Shown: piece after piece, positions 48,701 to 59,503 of the stretch
How positions within the stretch are numbered: the stretch's first letter is position 1
How the letters are laid out: each line of letters starts with the position of its first letter
Assembly: GCA_052426225.1 (NCBI GenBank)
Contig: JBNJNM010000008.1
Span: forward strand, 2,046,001 to 2,110,000
Reading direction: 5' to 3'
Source of the DNA: Zancudomyces culisetae HAW-14-8
Taxonomy: Eukaryota; Fungi; Kickxellomycota
DNA: 64,000 nt
The notes under the pieces: model-generated
The model's database searches: none
What the model was told of the DNA's origin: nothing
The model's input: the letters and a program-made list of their open reading frames with translations, nothing else
Translations under genes and position numbers: made by a program

Positions 48701-49418
48701 TTGAATCTTGGTCTTCTCTGCTGCACATTTTTTGTTGCACGCTGCAATGTATTTGCAGCTGCTTTAACTTCGAGCATCTGCTGTATGTCCACGAGAGGCT
48801 TCTTTGATGATGAAGCCATTTCTGGAGGATCTGATGGTACTCCTGAGGCTTTGTATGACAGTTTGATTCTTTGTTACGTGATATTGGATGCAACATCCGC
48901 AAGTAAAACTCTGATTGAGTTGATAAAAACTGAAAGTTTTTCGGCACTGACTGCACCTCCGTCACGGATTGCTTCGTGCATGAAGTAATCCAAAGGTCTT
49001 GTAACGGCTGATAAACGGTACTGGATGTCATATAACATCGCATCAGTACGTTTATTGTCACCTGATAACTTGATGTTTTCCTCTGGTGGTTCATAATCCA
49101 TGCCAGAGTTTCTTGGGATGGCTGCGTAAAACTTCTTGCGTTCGACATCTGCCAGTGGTGTCCAAAAGAAATCCTGTTCAACTGTTGGTAGCGCCTTTTG
49201 CAGTTTTGGATACATGACCAGGTCTGATGGTGTTGGTCTGGGAACCACGAAGTTTTCAACTGAATCATCGTCGACTGCATCAACGATTGATGGAGCAGTG
49301 ATGTTTGCTGAATCACTGATTTCTGATACTGACATCTGATCATTTGGTGCGGTTTTTTTTTCAAGAGCTGATAATCTCTCCAAAATTTGTTGCAAAACTT
49401 CAACTGTAACGTTTGCAT
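45705..49418 (-). CDS. DIRS long overlapping ORF ending in tyrosine recombinase, interrupted by in-frame TAA at 46488-46490
   Basis: The 976-aa ORF and the 234-aa ORF are in the same frame: VVDVINFL...NN*KVGTIKNYKSAI...FLRPSD...PKEK...LCPV...PKARALGST...GFWAS..FDTYY. Confidence 0.85.
46667..48582 (-). CDS. DIRS pol: reverse transcriptase + RNase H + Dam-like methyltransferase domain
   Basis: VGGRL..F..AW start motif lies upstream of the first ATG (48532). RT: IDLSDAF, LPFGL, YLDD. RNase H: TDAS, INAKELLA, CDN, ADAPSR. MT-like: DVDMFA and YLCPPW. Confidence 0.93.
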
Positions 49419-49428
49419 TTTGACTCAT
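48547..49428 (-). CDS. DIRS gag-like ORF, interrupted by in-frame TAA at 48874-48876
   Basis: ORFs 49428-48874 and 48819-48547 share a frame (ASNIT*QRIKLSYKA). First ORF of the element, with DAMLYDIQYRLSAVTRPLD. Confidence 0.8.
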
Positions 49429-49506
49429 TATTGAAAATTTAACTAATGACTTTTATAAATACTATGTAATTTTTTATAAGCTGGTTGAGTACCTAGCGAA
49501 AGAAAA

Positions 49507-49780
49507 GATGGTAAAGATTCATCAGGAAACGGGGGACATCAGTTTATATATGGTTTAAATTTATTTTATTTAGTTAGTTTTACTTATTTTATAAAAATTA
49601 TACAGTGATGTCTGTCATTACACACATCATTACGTATAAAGTTTCTAAATTTAAACACTCTTTTTATCGATTTAATTTTTTACCAAATTTTAAGGTAATG
49701 GATTAATCGATAAAAATAGTATCTAGGAAAGAATTTTCGATTTATAATAAAGATTGGTACACACATAATTGTATCTGGAT
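49507..49780. repeat. DIRS 5' inverted terminal repeat
   Basis: Reverse complement of 45308-45581, followed by the short unique extension AAGTGAAGCATAAT. Confidence 0.93.
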
Positions 49781-50076
49781 AAGTGAAGCATAATCAATTT
49801 TATAACTTTTTTTATAGTAACTCAAGAGTGATAATGTCCCACTAATCCCCATCCACAGCGTAAAGTAAAATATAAATTCAGACAAGTAAAAAGGTAGTTT
49901 TTCATTTTATTTGTTCGGTTTTTTTATTTAGTTTATATTTCTATTACGAATAATTCGCGGTAAAAGGTTAATGTAACAACAAAACGATAATGAAAAGTAT
50001 CACCCAGTTTATGAGTCACTTAAAAAGCTCTCTGTTAGAAGAATAATTAAATAAAACGACATAAAATTACATCAAA

Positions 50077-51299
50077 CTACCAATCGTGATAAAACCTTGC
50101 CGCATACTTCAAGAATTGTGATTTTGCAGTGCCAGGATCTCCAACCAGCAAAAAGTGCATTCCACAATGAATATTGAGTCCATCGGTACTCTGTTTACCC
50201 GTACCCCCAATCATGACCAAAAGCAACGCCAGCTTGACAATATACAATCCATATACCTGGGGGCATATCGCAGCCAAAATTCCATCCCTCCCTCTAATAG
50301 GTTTGTCCACATACTTGCTCCAATACATTTCAAAAAACAGTTTCATTTCTCGTGAAACAGAGTAGTTGTTTAAATGATCGTTATTGTTGTGTACAAAGAT
50401 ACTGCTTGCCAACATACATATACTTATATCAGGCCGCTGCCCAGGTATTACTGCCTTCCACCTTCTTAGCACTATTCCTACTATGGTTAATTGATCCCCT
50501 GACCTAGCTTTATCAACAAGATCATTTTGCAAAATTACAGCTATATTTCGAGGAATAGAGCCAAACACTTTTCTATCTGCCATCTCCTGTACCTTAATTT
50601 CTTGATAGTCAATACACGTATTGATGTTTCCATACTCTATTTATTTATTTTTCATAGAAGCGCACCTAGCAGTTACAGTTACAAGTCTTGAGATTGGAAT
50701 GAATATCTTGCTATTAAATACATTAAACATTAGAACTTGCCAGAATCGTTGGTAACTTCAACCAAATTCCCATTACCACAGTCCATACATTTCATTGGTT
50801 TGGCTATATAATTGTACGACTCGATATCTGCCTCACTTTGCGTATACCGTTTACATTTGGTGCATTTGTAGAATCTAAAGGTTTCAAGAATTTTGTTTGC
50901 AACCATCCTAATAACAATACCATTAAAACTCAATAATTTCCCAATATCAACACTCGTGGGTACTTCGAATTTATCCAACCCGTCAACTTTTGGTAACTTT
51001 TCTATTCTTACAAGCACATTTTCTTTTACCTTCCCCTCCCTCAGTCCATCGATTTCTTTATAAAGCTCTTCCTGCAACCCCAACAACACTGACTCAATTT
51101 TTTTGATGTTCACCATTGGTTTTTTTAGTATTTTGTAGCCCATTATGGGTGAGAATTCAATCAGCAAGTGTATATCAATAAATACACTATATGAAGTTTG
51201 TGTGAAATCATTCAAAATTATTTTGGTGAGATCATCGATATGCAATTCTCGTAGGTATGTTGTTATTTCTTTCTCGCTTAGATCGTTTCTGTCTCCCAT
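50077..51299 (-). pseudogene. MCM9: MCM9-like helicase, truncated just after Walker A
   Basis: Exon 51299-50741, GC-AG intron 50740-50637, then a second exon. Motifs: DIGKLLSFNGIVIR, CTKC...CMDC zinc finger, CIDYQEIKVQE, GSIPR, DLVD, ICPQVYGLYIVKLA, LLVGDPGTAKSQFLKYA, then a stop. No Walker B or Arg finger found downstream. Confidence 0.75.
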
Positions 51300-51986
51300 G
51301 ATGAACCTTGTATAATACACCTTGGTATCACCACTTCACTCAGAATTTAATTCGAACTTCAAAGATAAAATTAGGGAAAATAGGTACAAAATCTGTTTTT
51401 AGCTTTTTATTTTGTATTTGCAGGAATTGTACATTTAATAATTTAATGGTTTATGTTATCGGAAATTTTCTACTGAAATTATCTATTTCAGAGTACAAAA
51501 TCAGTACAGATACAGAATTCTCAAGTATGTATTAGCTACAATCGAGCCCAACTTGTTATACAGACACACTTCCACATTTCAATGACTCTTTAAATGAAAA
51601 AAATACGTTTTTTTAACAAGAACACAGAATTATAATGCTACGGGGAGCCGAGTTGACTTGATTACCACCTTGTAGATCAGTGAAAATAGTGGAAGTTTTA
51701 ATGCGTTATTTCAACTAAAAATACAGTTTGCCGTAATTACCTTTTTATTTACTGTTTGTACTTTCTTTTTGTAAATGTAATATTATGGTTTATAGCTTAT
51801 AATTGATTTTGGATATTAAAGCAACATCAGAAAACTAAAAGATAATAAAATAATTTAGATGTATCATGATATATTTATTTAATAAACAAAAGTATGGTTC
51901 TATACTAAAAGATTATCAAAACTTATCTAGGAAATCAGTGAGTGAGCTTCAATACTAAATTCAACTTCTACCATAAGTCTATGAGA

Positions 51987-54371
51987 TTAATCATCAATCA
52001 TAGAGTTAATAGCCGAACCAAACCTAGCGTGATTGTTGTTTTTGTATAGGAATTCACACCCACGAGTTTTATCACCTCTCTGTGCTTGCTCGATGGGGTT
52101 GTACAATAATTCAGTAAAATTAAAGCTCGAAAAAGCTTCCCTATAGCTGGAAATAATGAGATTTTGCTCAAATGTTGGAGACTGGTTTTTATACATAGAT
52201 TTAGCGTTTGCACTCACAATTGGGTAAAATACGCGCTCAATCATTTTTTTGCATTGACTAAGCAACGTGATATTCTGAGGTCGTGTATCAAAGTTGGCAA
52301 ATTTTACATAAAAGTCTTGAGGATCATCATCCAAGGTTGGATTATTGATACTGTGAGCATTGTGATTTTCGGATGTCAGTTTTGAGGTACTCAGCTCTTC
52401 AAATGGCAGACATTGTTTTTTTAGTTCATTTCTTATTACTTTCAAATCAACTGCAGTTATAAATCGCTTTTTACTAGCTTCCTTAATAAATCGTGATGAA
52501 AATGCATTATTTCTATCCAGACCTTTTTTTCCAGTAATCCTACTCAACAGGAACGGGTCGTGTATCTTTGGATTTTCTGTATTATTACAGCATAACTTTT
52601 TGAGAAAGCTGCTTTCAGTTGGAACAAACCATGGATTATAGTCATATGGTGAAAGCATTTTCATTGCAAAATCTGGTGGTATGTTTCTAAATTTGGCGTT
52701 GGCTTTGTCATAACCCTTTTTAAGATTGGACAAGCCAATTAGTAAATATATGTATGTTTGTGATAGTTGAGATGTTGATTTGAGTCTTTCAAAGTACTCA
52801 GATAATACGTTTTTTCCATTTATGATTGCGTTGAGCCTACTTAGATCTTTTACATATTCCATGTTCACGAGATGTTTAAAGGCGCGAAAAGTCATGCTAT
52901 TTAGCTCGACATCAAACTTATCAAGTGAAAAGTTTGACATTAGCCAGTAGAATATCTCTGTAAAGCGAATAGTGTTCTCGATTAGCATTATTTTAGCCAG
53001 CTTTACCCTCACTGGGGGGATGTCCACGCTTTCATAGTAAGCTACCTCTGATGTGATGATGTGTAGATTAGCTACACAGGAGTTTAGAATTAATGTACAG
53101 TAGCGTAGTATAAAGTATTCAATATTCATCACATTCACTATATCTGGATTGCGTACTCCAAATACCAATACTTTTTTCAACTCATTGTGAAATTTTACCA
53201 CGACACTCTCCTGAAACTGTATGGAGTTTGTGAATAGTCTCAAATAGCACTGATAATCTTTTTTCATGTCCTTTGCTATTGTAATCTCTCTCCGGTTTAT
53301 AAAAGTTACATTTAAATGTCTTATCCTGAACAGCATTACATATGAAGCAAATGTATCAAATTTGAATTCACCTTGGCTGCTTAGAATCATGTCACCTCTT
53401 TTCGTCGAGTTTGTTGGAAGTATAAATTCCGAATTATTATGCCATAAACGATCATTGCTGGGTATGTTTACAAATATGTCCTTCAGCTGTAAAGCCGGTT
53501 GAACCACTGTTGATTCAGATAATAATACGGAGAAAATATATGTGCACCACCAAAGACGTCTTTTAAGTTCTTTTTCCACTATCAAATCCTCGCTCTGATT
53601 AGCGGGTGTTCTAATACAATATTCATCAACCCTATGTAATTTCATTAAAATTGCCAAGCTGGCTGCTAGGTGTACATATTTTGTGTACTGTGACAGGATT
53701 CCAAGTGCAGCATAGTATTTGGCTAAAACTAGCATTGTCCATATACTCAAGTAGTCCGGTTTACTGATTACCGTTCTCATATACTCAGTAACATTTTTTA
53801 ATGCTCTTTTACGCTTCTCCTCAGTAAATGCTTCAAAAAACTTATCATTTTTTAATAAGGTTGACCCCACCAGCAAAAGTATGTAAACCACATGTTTTGG
53901 CACTTGAAAACTCTTTATATTCTGTATAAACTGAGGTATCCTTACAACATTCACAAGCAATGGATAGCGGTATATAAACCTATCCATTAGCTCGTCTATC
54001 ACATCTCGCAAAAGTTTTGATAACACTATATATTCTGAGTCCCTATCAATGTTATTTTGAATGTTCATATCAACAGTACAAACCTTTGTCATCAAATTAT
54101 GCGTTACAATTTTTATATGCTGATTGACGTTTTCCTTTGCGGTAGTTTTCGTTTTATTGACATGATCGTCCAATGCTTTAATTTTCGTTTCTATACCCTT
54201 GAGCTTTCCATACAAAATCCTATTTTTGGGCTTGTTATACACTTTTTTTTTTATATTAACCCTGAACTTTATTATGTGTTTTTTATAGGCATTTTCGGTG
54301 TTTGGTTTTGATCTCTTCCGTTTGCCACAACTACTGGTAGAGTTTTTACCTTCTTTTTTTGTTTGCATCAT
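51987..54371 (-). CDS. Fungal-specific transcription factor (middle homology region) protein
   Basis: LAILMKLHRVD, EKELKRRLWWCTYI and VNIPSND.LW, typical of the Fungal_trans domain; basic N-terminus; no intact Zn2Cys6 in the ORF. Confidence 0.7.
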   Translation of the reverse strand: MMQTKKEGKNSTSSCGKRKRSKPNTENAYKKHIIKFRVNIKKKVYNKPKNRILYGKLKGIETKIKALDDHVNKTKTTAKENVNQHIKIVTHNLMTKVCTVDMNIQNNIDRDSEYIVLSKLLRDVIDELMDRFIYRYPLLVNVVRIPQFIQNIKSFQVPKHVVYILLLVGSTLLKNDKFFEAFTEEKRKRALKNVTEYMRTVISKPDYLSIWTMLVLAKYYAALGILSQYTKYVHLAASLAILMKLHRVDEYCIRTPANQSEDLIVEKELKRRLWWCTYIFSVLLSESTVVQPALQLKDIFVNIPSNDRLWHNNSEFILPTNSTKRGDMILSSQGEFKFDTFASYVMLFRIRHLNVTFINRREITIAKDMKKDYQCYLRLFTNSIQFQESVVVKFHNELKKVLVFGVRNPDIVNVMNIEYFILRYCTLILNSCVANLHIITSEVAYYESVDIPPVRVKLAKIMLIENTIRFTEIFYWLMSNFSLDKFDVELNSMTFRAFKHLVNMEYVKDLSRLNAIINGKNVLSEYFERLKSTSQLSQTYIYLLIGLSNLKKGYDKANAKFRNIPPDFAMKMLSPYDYNPWFVPTESSFLKKLCCNNTENPKIHDPFLLSRITGKKGLDRNNAFSSRFIKEASKKRFITAVDLKVIRNELKKQCLPFEELSTSKLTSENHNAHSINNPTLDDDPQDFYVKFANFDTRPQNITLLSQCKKMIERVFYPIVSANAKSMYKNQSPTFEQNLIISSYREAFSSFNFTELLYNPIEQAQRGDKTRGCEFLYKNNNHARFGSAINSMIDD

Positions 54372-55745
54372 TATAAAAGCTATCTCAAAATAGAACCTTG
54401 AAACGAATAAGTTGAGGTGAACTCATCGCAATCAACCATATGCCCAACTCTGGGGTTATATAGTATTATTTTTATTTCTACCTCTTTAATTCGAGTTTTT
54501 TCCTTTTTGATGTTTGGGAGGTCAAGTTTGCATACTTCCTCGTTTGTTATTCTATAGTAATTTTTTCAATCAATTGAAAACTGTTAATATTTTACATAAG
54601 AAAAGGTCATTATAATAAGTTTCTGTAAATAAAACTAAATGACGGGGACATGAAAGCTAGTTTAGCTTCTTTCTTTACAAAAAAGACATCAAAAACATGT
54701 GAAGTGTACTACATCTCATTAATAATCTGAGGTTTATGTAACTCGGGTTACAGGATGTGAGAGTAACAAAACAAATTCTTTTCTGGTTACGTAAATTTAT
54801 GCAAAAGTTTACCAAAAATATAAACTTCGCTTTTAGCAGAACTCAAGTTCTTAACATTACTAAATTAATAGCCCAATGAACAATTTTGTTGATGGTTTGC
54901 TTTAAATATAGCTACACCAGGTACTATTCCATGAATTATTAAAGCGATTCAAGAAATATTAAATGAGCAGTTAATGTTTTATTTTCTCAAAAATAGTGTA
55001 GCACATATTATATTAATTTTGCTATTTATATAACAATAACTAAATTATTACAATACTAAACTGAGAATATTGACTGTGATCTATGAGAATACGATGAATT
55101 GTTCTCGCTTTAGTAATGATTGCTTAAATTGTATAATTGTTTTGAGAATTATATAACCAGTGTTAATCATTTACAGTACACCAATAATAATCTGATTGAA
55201 CCTAATAGAAAAAATGTAGCTATTTGGAGAAAAGCAGCAAAAAAATTATGGAATTTCAACCAGTTACCATCACCGGAAAGTTCATCTCTGAACACCTGCA
55301 ATTTCACCACTAAACCAAGGCACAATAAATATGAAACCGATTCAGAGCTAAGAGCCACCATGAAAATTAAGAAATCAGCCTTAGGATTAGCAGTATTCAA
55401 AGCGAAAAAATAAATACAGTTTGGGAATTGAATTTATATAGCTTTTTAACAAAAAAAAACAGATGCAATAATTCACACCCAAATAATTTGTCTAGCATGA
55501 ATAGATTCAATGTGTAAAGTACCTACCAATACTCTACCCACATCCTTCTTGAAGGTTAATTGCTTGAACACACGATAAAACTTTAGTCCAGATTATGATT
55601 TTTTTACAGTGAGAATAGGTTTTAATAACGGATAAAAAAGACTGATGATATTTGTATTAATTTATCTATCAACTGAACCATTGTTATTCTGGCGTCATTG
55701 ATTCTTTTCAGAACATAATTATTTGTTGTAAGCCAACCGTGAGAT

Positions 55746-55889
55746 TCATTGAAGCAGCAGGCTCACCATTTCCTTACTGAAGTTGTCCACAAACCCAGAA
55801 AACCCATACTGTTTTTCAACAGCAGTTTCAGTAAGCATCGTATTTTTTGATTCTATAAAGTTCATGTTAGAGCCTGAATCACATAGGAT
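55746..55889 (-). mobile_element. Decayed retropepsin (LTR-retrotransposon protease) fragment
   Basis: Short stop-bounded frame ILCDSGSNMNFI resembles the hydrophobic-D(S/T)G-S-x-x-NFI active-site motif. Confidence 0.35.
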
Positions 55890-56860
55890 TCAAGGTTGTT
55901 ACAACAGTTGGCAAACCTTTATATGCTCAGTTTTAATCGATTTAAAACTACAATAACAACTTTTATTTTGGTATACAAAAATGTGATGTTCTAGTAAAAA
56001 CCCAAATTCAATGGAATATTGCATTGTACATTAAGCTTTCTATTGTATTATTTATTATAGCTTTGCACCAATATTAGCAATGAGGATAGTCACTAATTTA
56101 ATATGCTAGCATGTTATAGAATTCCAGCTACTGTAAATTATTGATTACAAAGTTCGCAATGTATAATTGAAGTCAATAAATGTTACTTTTATCGGATTTT
56201 ATCTTTAAACACAGGTATTAAAATGTTCGAAATACAAATCTCAAGCGAATATAAGATTTTTTTGTAAGTAGACGAATATTTAGCGTTTGATTCAGTGTAT
56301 AAACTGGTATATTGTTGTTGTTATTAATGAGCTTAGAAATATAAGTAGTACTCGAGATTAAACTACATATCACTGGCTCTTAGGGGTATTGCAGTTTGAT
56401 TTTTACCCCATTTTTGTTTTTGATGTATTTAGTATCATGGTGGGTGTAAGAATATCGAGTCTAAGAATACTGGGTCTTGGGCTTATTATATAGTTATCAC
56501 ATCAAATTTTTTATATTGGCTACAGAAATTGATTTATATTCAAAATACTTGACGTTCAATTGAAGAATATAACCCTGTTGATTTTCCAATTATTGCCATA
56601 CTAAAATATCACTATTTTTCTTTTGTCCAAAAAAGTTAAATGGTTGATGGGATAGATTGACAAAGATAATAAATCTTTTGGCACTAATAAAGATGTAGAG
56701 TGGTTTTCAAAATATCAAAAACAAAAATCTGTACTCATACATGGTATGATCAGTGTTGGCGATAAAATACAGCGATATAGCCGACAAAAAAAAGATTTAC
56801 TACTATAATACAATGTTATTTGAGTGAGTGTTATTTTTTGCTAATGTATTTATTTATTTA

Positions 56861-57249
56861 TAATATGGTTAGTTGAATATAATCAAAATTTGTTGCTATT
56901 AAGCGATTTTTTAGATAAAACTCCCATCTAATTCCCTTCCGTACCTTGCTAAAGAAAAGGTGTTAAAGTTAATACAACAAAGAAACAAATCGAGTTATTG
57001 TTTTCATTATTTTAGTTTTTTAGTTTTGATTTAAAATTTTATACGTTTAATTTGCAAGTTCTATTTAATAAAATTTTCTAAATTTAAACATTTTTATATA
57101 GAATTAATATTATCCTATGTATACTGGTAGAAGTAATCGATAAAGAGAATCAATAAAATAATGTTTATTATAAAAATAATATAAAAATATTTGAGACTGG
57201 ATGCTCGCATAATAATTAAAATTTCATTTCATTCAACTAACATAAATTA
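56861..57249 (+). mobile_element. Degenerate solo DIRS module (half ICR + 3' ITR + 3' extension)
   Basis: TAATATGGTTAGTTGAAT (ICR-like), CCCATCTAATTCCCTTCCGTACCTTGCT (compare CCCACCCAATTCCCACCCATACCTAGCT in the intact element) and terminal CTGGATGCTCGCATAATAAT...TTTCATTTCATTCAACTAA. Confidence 0.75.
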
Positions 57250-59503
57250 TCTGCTTAATAGTTATACGTTTAACGCCCTACTGAGTATTATTTATTCCCA
57301 ATATATACAAACGAGACAATTCTAATTTATATTGAATGTTTTTACTATAGTCATTAGGTGAGAAAGAGGACGTTATAATAATTAATTCAAAACTATGATA
57401 TTTATTAAATAACCTATAAGAATTAGCCTATAAATTAAAGAGAATACTGGTAAAAATTCAACTATGTAAAATTCCATACAAAAAATGGAAGAATGTTGGG
57501 GAGGATGATTCATTGAATTTTAATTCAAAAATTATTCAAGCTGTTCCTAAATCTTACGTCAAATAATAATTAACACTAATATTATTACGTTTACCAATTC
57601 CAATAGATATTAATTAAGGATCGATCCACTCTTGTTCTATATATTTCATTGATATTATGTTTTTCAACAGTTTCGAAAACTTTAGTATCCTATTCTCACT
57701 TTTTAATTAAATTAACTTTATAAAAGAATTATTAAATTATAAAAATATTCTTAATCAAACCCTACTTGGACAAGCTGTAATGCAAAAAAAGTCTCAAAAA
57801 AAATCTACCTGAAATATTATTCCAGTCCTACAATATCCAAATCACATCTAGGTTGATTTTGTTACTTAACATTTTACCGGACTTGAAATATTGTAATATT
57901 TTCCGCTCACACCTACCTTTTACAAACCTGGATTGGTTTACAAATTAACTATTTCTATGTATTTTTGAATTGCAACTTTATATTTATCAATTTATTCAGC
58001 TATAGTAATAATTCTATACTGAAGCTTTTAAACTAATATATTTGGATTTTGAAATCTAAACTTAATTGGCAACCCACATGTAAGAAATGTCACCATTTCT
58101 CATACTATGTAGATCAAATTTGCTATCACCAACTCTAGGTGGATGAACGCAATAACCATTACAATTAGCCGCATTACAAAACTTATGGAAATACTTGGGG
58201 TTTCAGACCATCAGTGACACAAGATAAAAATTTAGGTGAGTTGTAGCATCTGTTTGGTTTGAAACGGAAAGTTACTATAAGATTGGTAACATACATATCT
58301 GAAAGTAACTCGAGGTTAACTTTTGCCCGTGTTCGTGTGCATCCATAGTGACTGTTATTAAATTTGACTTCCGAGACACTTTTTTGACCTGATATTTGTA
58401 CGGCTTGGTTTTGTGAATTCTGTACACTTTAAGCAAGGAATGAGCCAAGTGCTAAGGTACTGAGGATTACAAACTTGATCATTACATATGTGTTTCATTT
58501 TTCATTTTCGGTTTTAGTTAAAGTTTCTATCTTCTATGGGAATCGATATAGTTTCTTTTTTAGCTGAACTAATTGTGTTTTATGTACTTTTCTAAACTAA
58601 AGGGATTATGTCAAAGTGTTTAAAATATTAACTATAGCTTTGTAATACACTTCATAAAGCAAAATTATTATTTTTTAAACAACCTAGATCGAAGCTTTTA
58701 AGTTCTAGACACTAAAATTGTATTTCATAGATAAAATGTGATCTAAATATCTTAATAATGTTGTAATTTCAACAACAATCTAACAATTTTTACATAAGCC
58801 GTCCTAAAAGTAGGTATAACCTATACAAACTAAAGAAATCTGATAATGACTATTAGTATATAAAGAGGAAACGGACCTAAAAAGAGAAGTAGTCAGTCCT
58901 ATTAGTTTGAAGGTGGTTAAGGCCTAGTGTCTTGAGAAAAATTTAAATATACAGCATTTATTTAATAAAGACAGTAGTCATTTACCACAATATAGATATT
59001 AAATTAAAATGTTTAGGTCAAAATTCATACTCACATATATCAATTTAGGTAATTTTGGAATCACTAAAAAAATTTCTGTACCTTTATGTTGTTTTGTTTG
59101 GTGAATTCCGAGTTAATAAAAAACACCCAAATTAGGTGGTGTTGGTATAAAAGTAGCAAATAAAGAACGAAATTAGAAAACATGGGCGTGAATTTATGGA
59201 ACTTGAGTGAAACTCCACATACGACCATTCAAAGGATTTGATGATTGGAAATCATCAACAAATTCCAAATATGACAAACGATTTGGGTAAACAAATTGTT
59301 GGTACTAGTAAAAAAAGAGTAAACAAAAAAATGAAAAATGTATAAAAACAGTTAAATATGAAAATTATCAAGCCGGCATTTTAAACACAAAGGCATCCTA
59401 ATAGCTCTAGGCTTCAAACCAGGGACATCCTTTTAAATTGAATAAAGTTTTTTTTCCTAAAAAACTTTCTAGTAGGTATATAGACAACAGCAATCAAAGT
59501 AGA

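Larger units (their letters stand above)
45257..49794 (-). mobile_element. Full-length DIRS1-type tyrosine-recombinase retrotransposon
   Basis: 274-bp inverted terminal repeats, unique terminal extensions, an ICR complementary to both termini, a TAAT core at both ends, and gag, RT-RNaseH-MT and YR frames. Confidence 0.96.

Noticed and set aside
46488-48876. Two in-frame TAA codons in the DIRS element read as stop-codon reassignment or programmed readthrough
   Set aside because: Host genes in the window end normally at TAA. Each codon is one substitution from a plausible sense codon (CAA, TTA), so nonsense mutation is simpler.
58079-58486. Possible solo LTR (TGTAAG...ATTACA)
   Set aside because: No target-site duplication and no second copy in the window.
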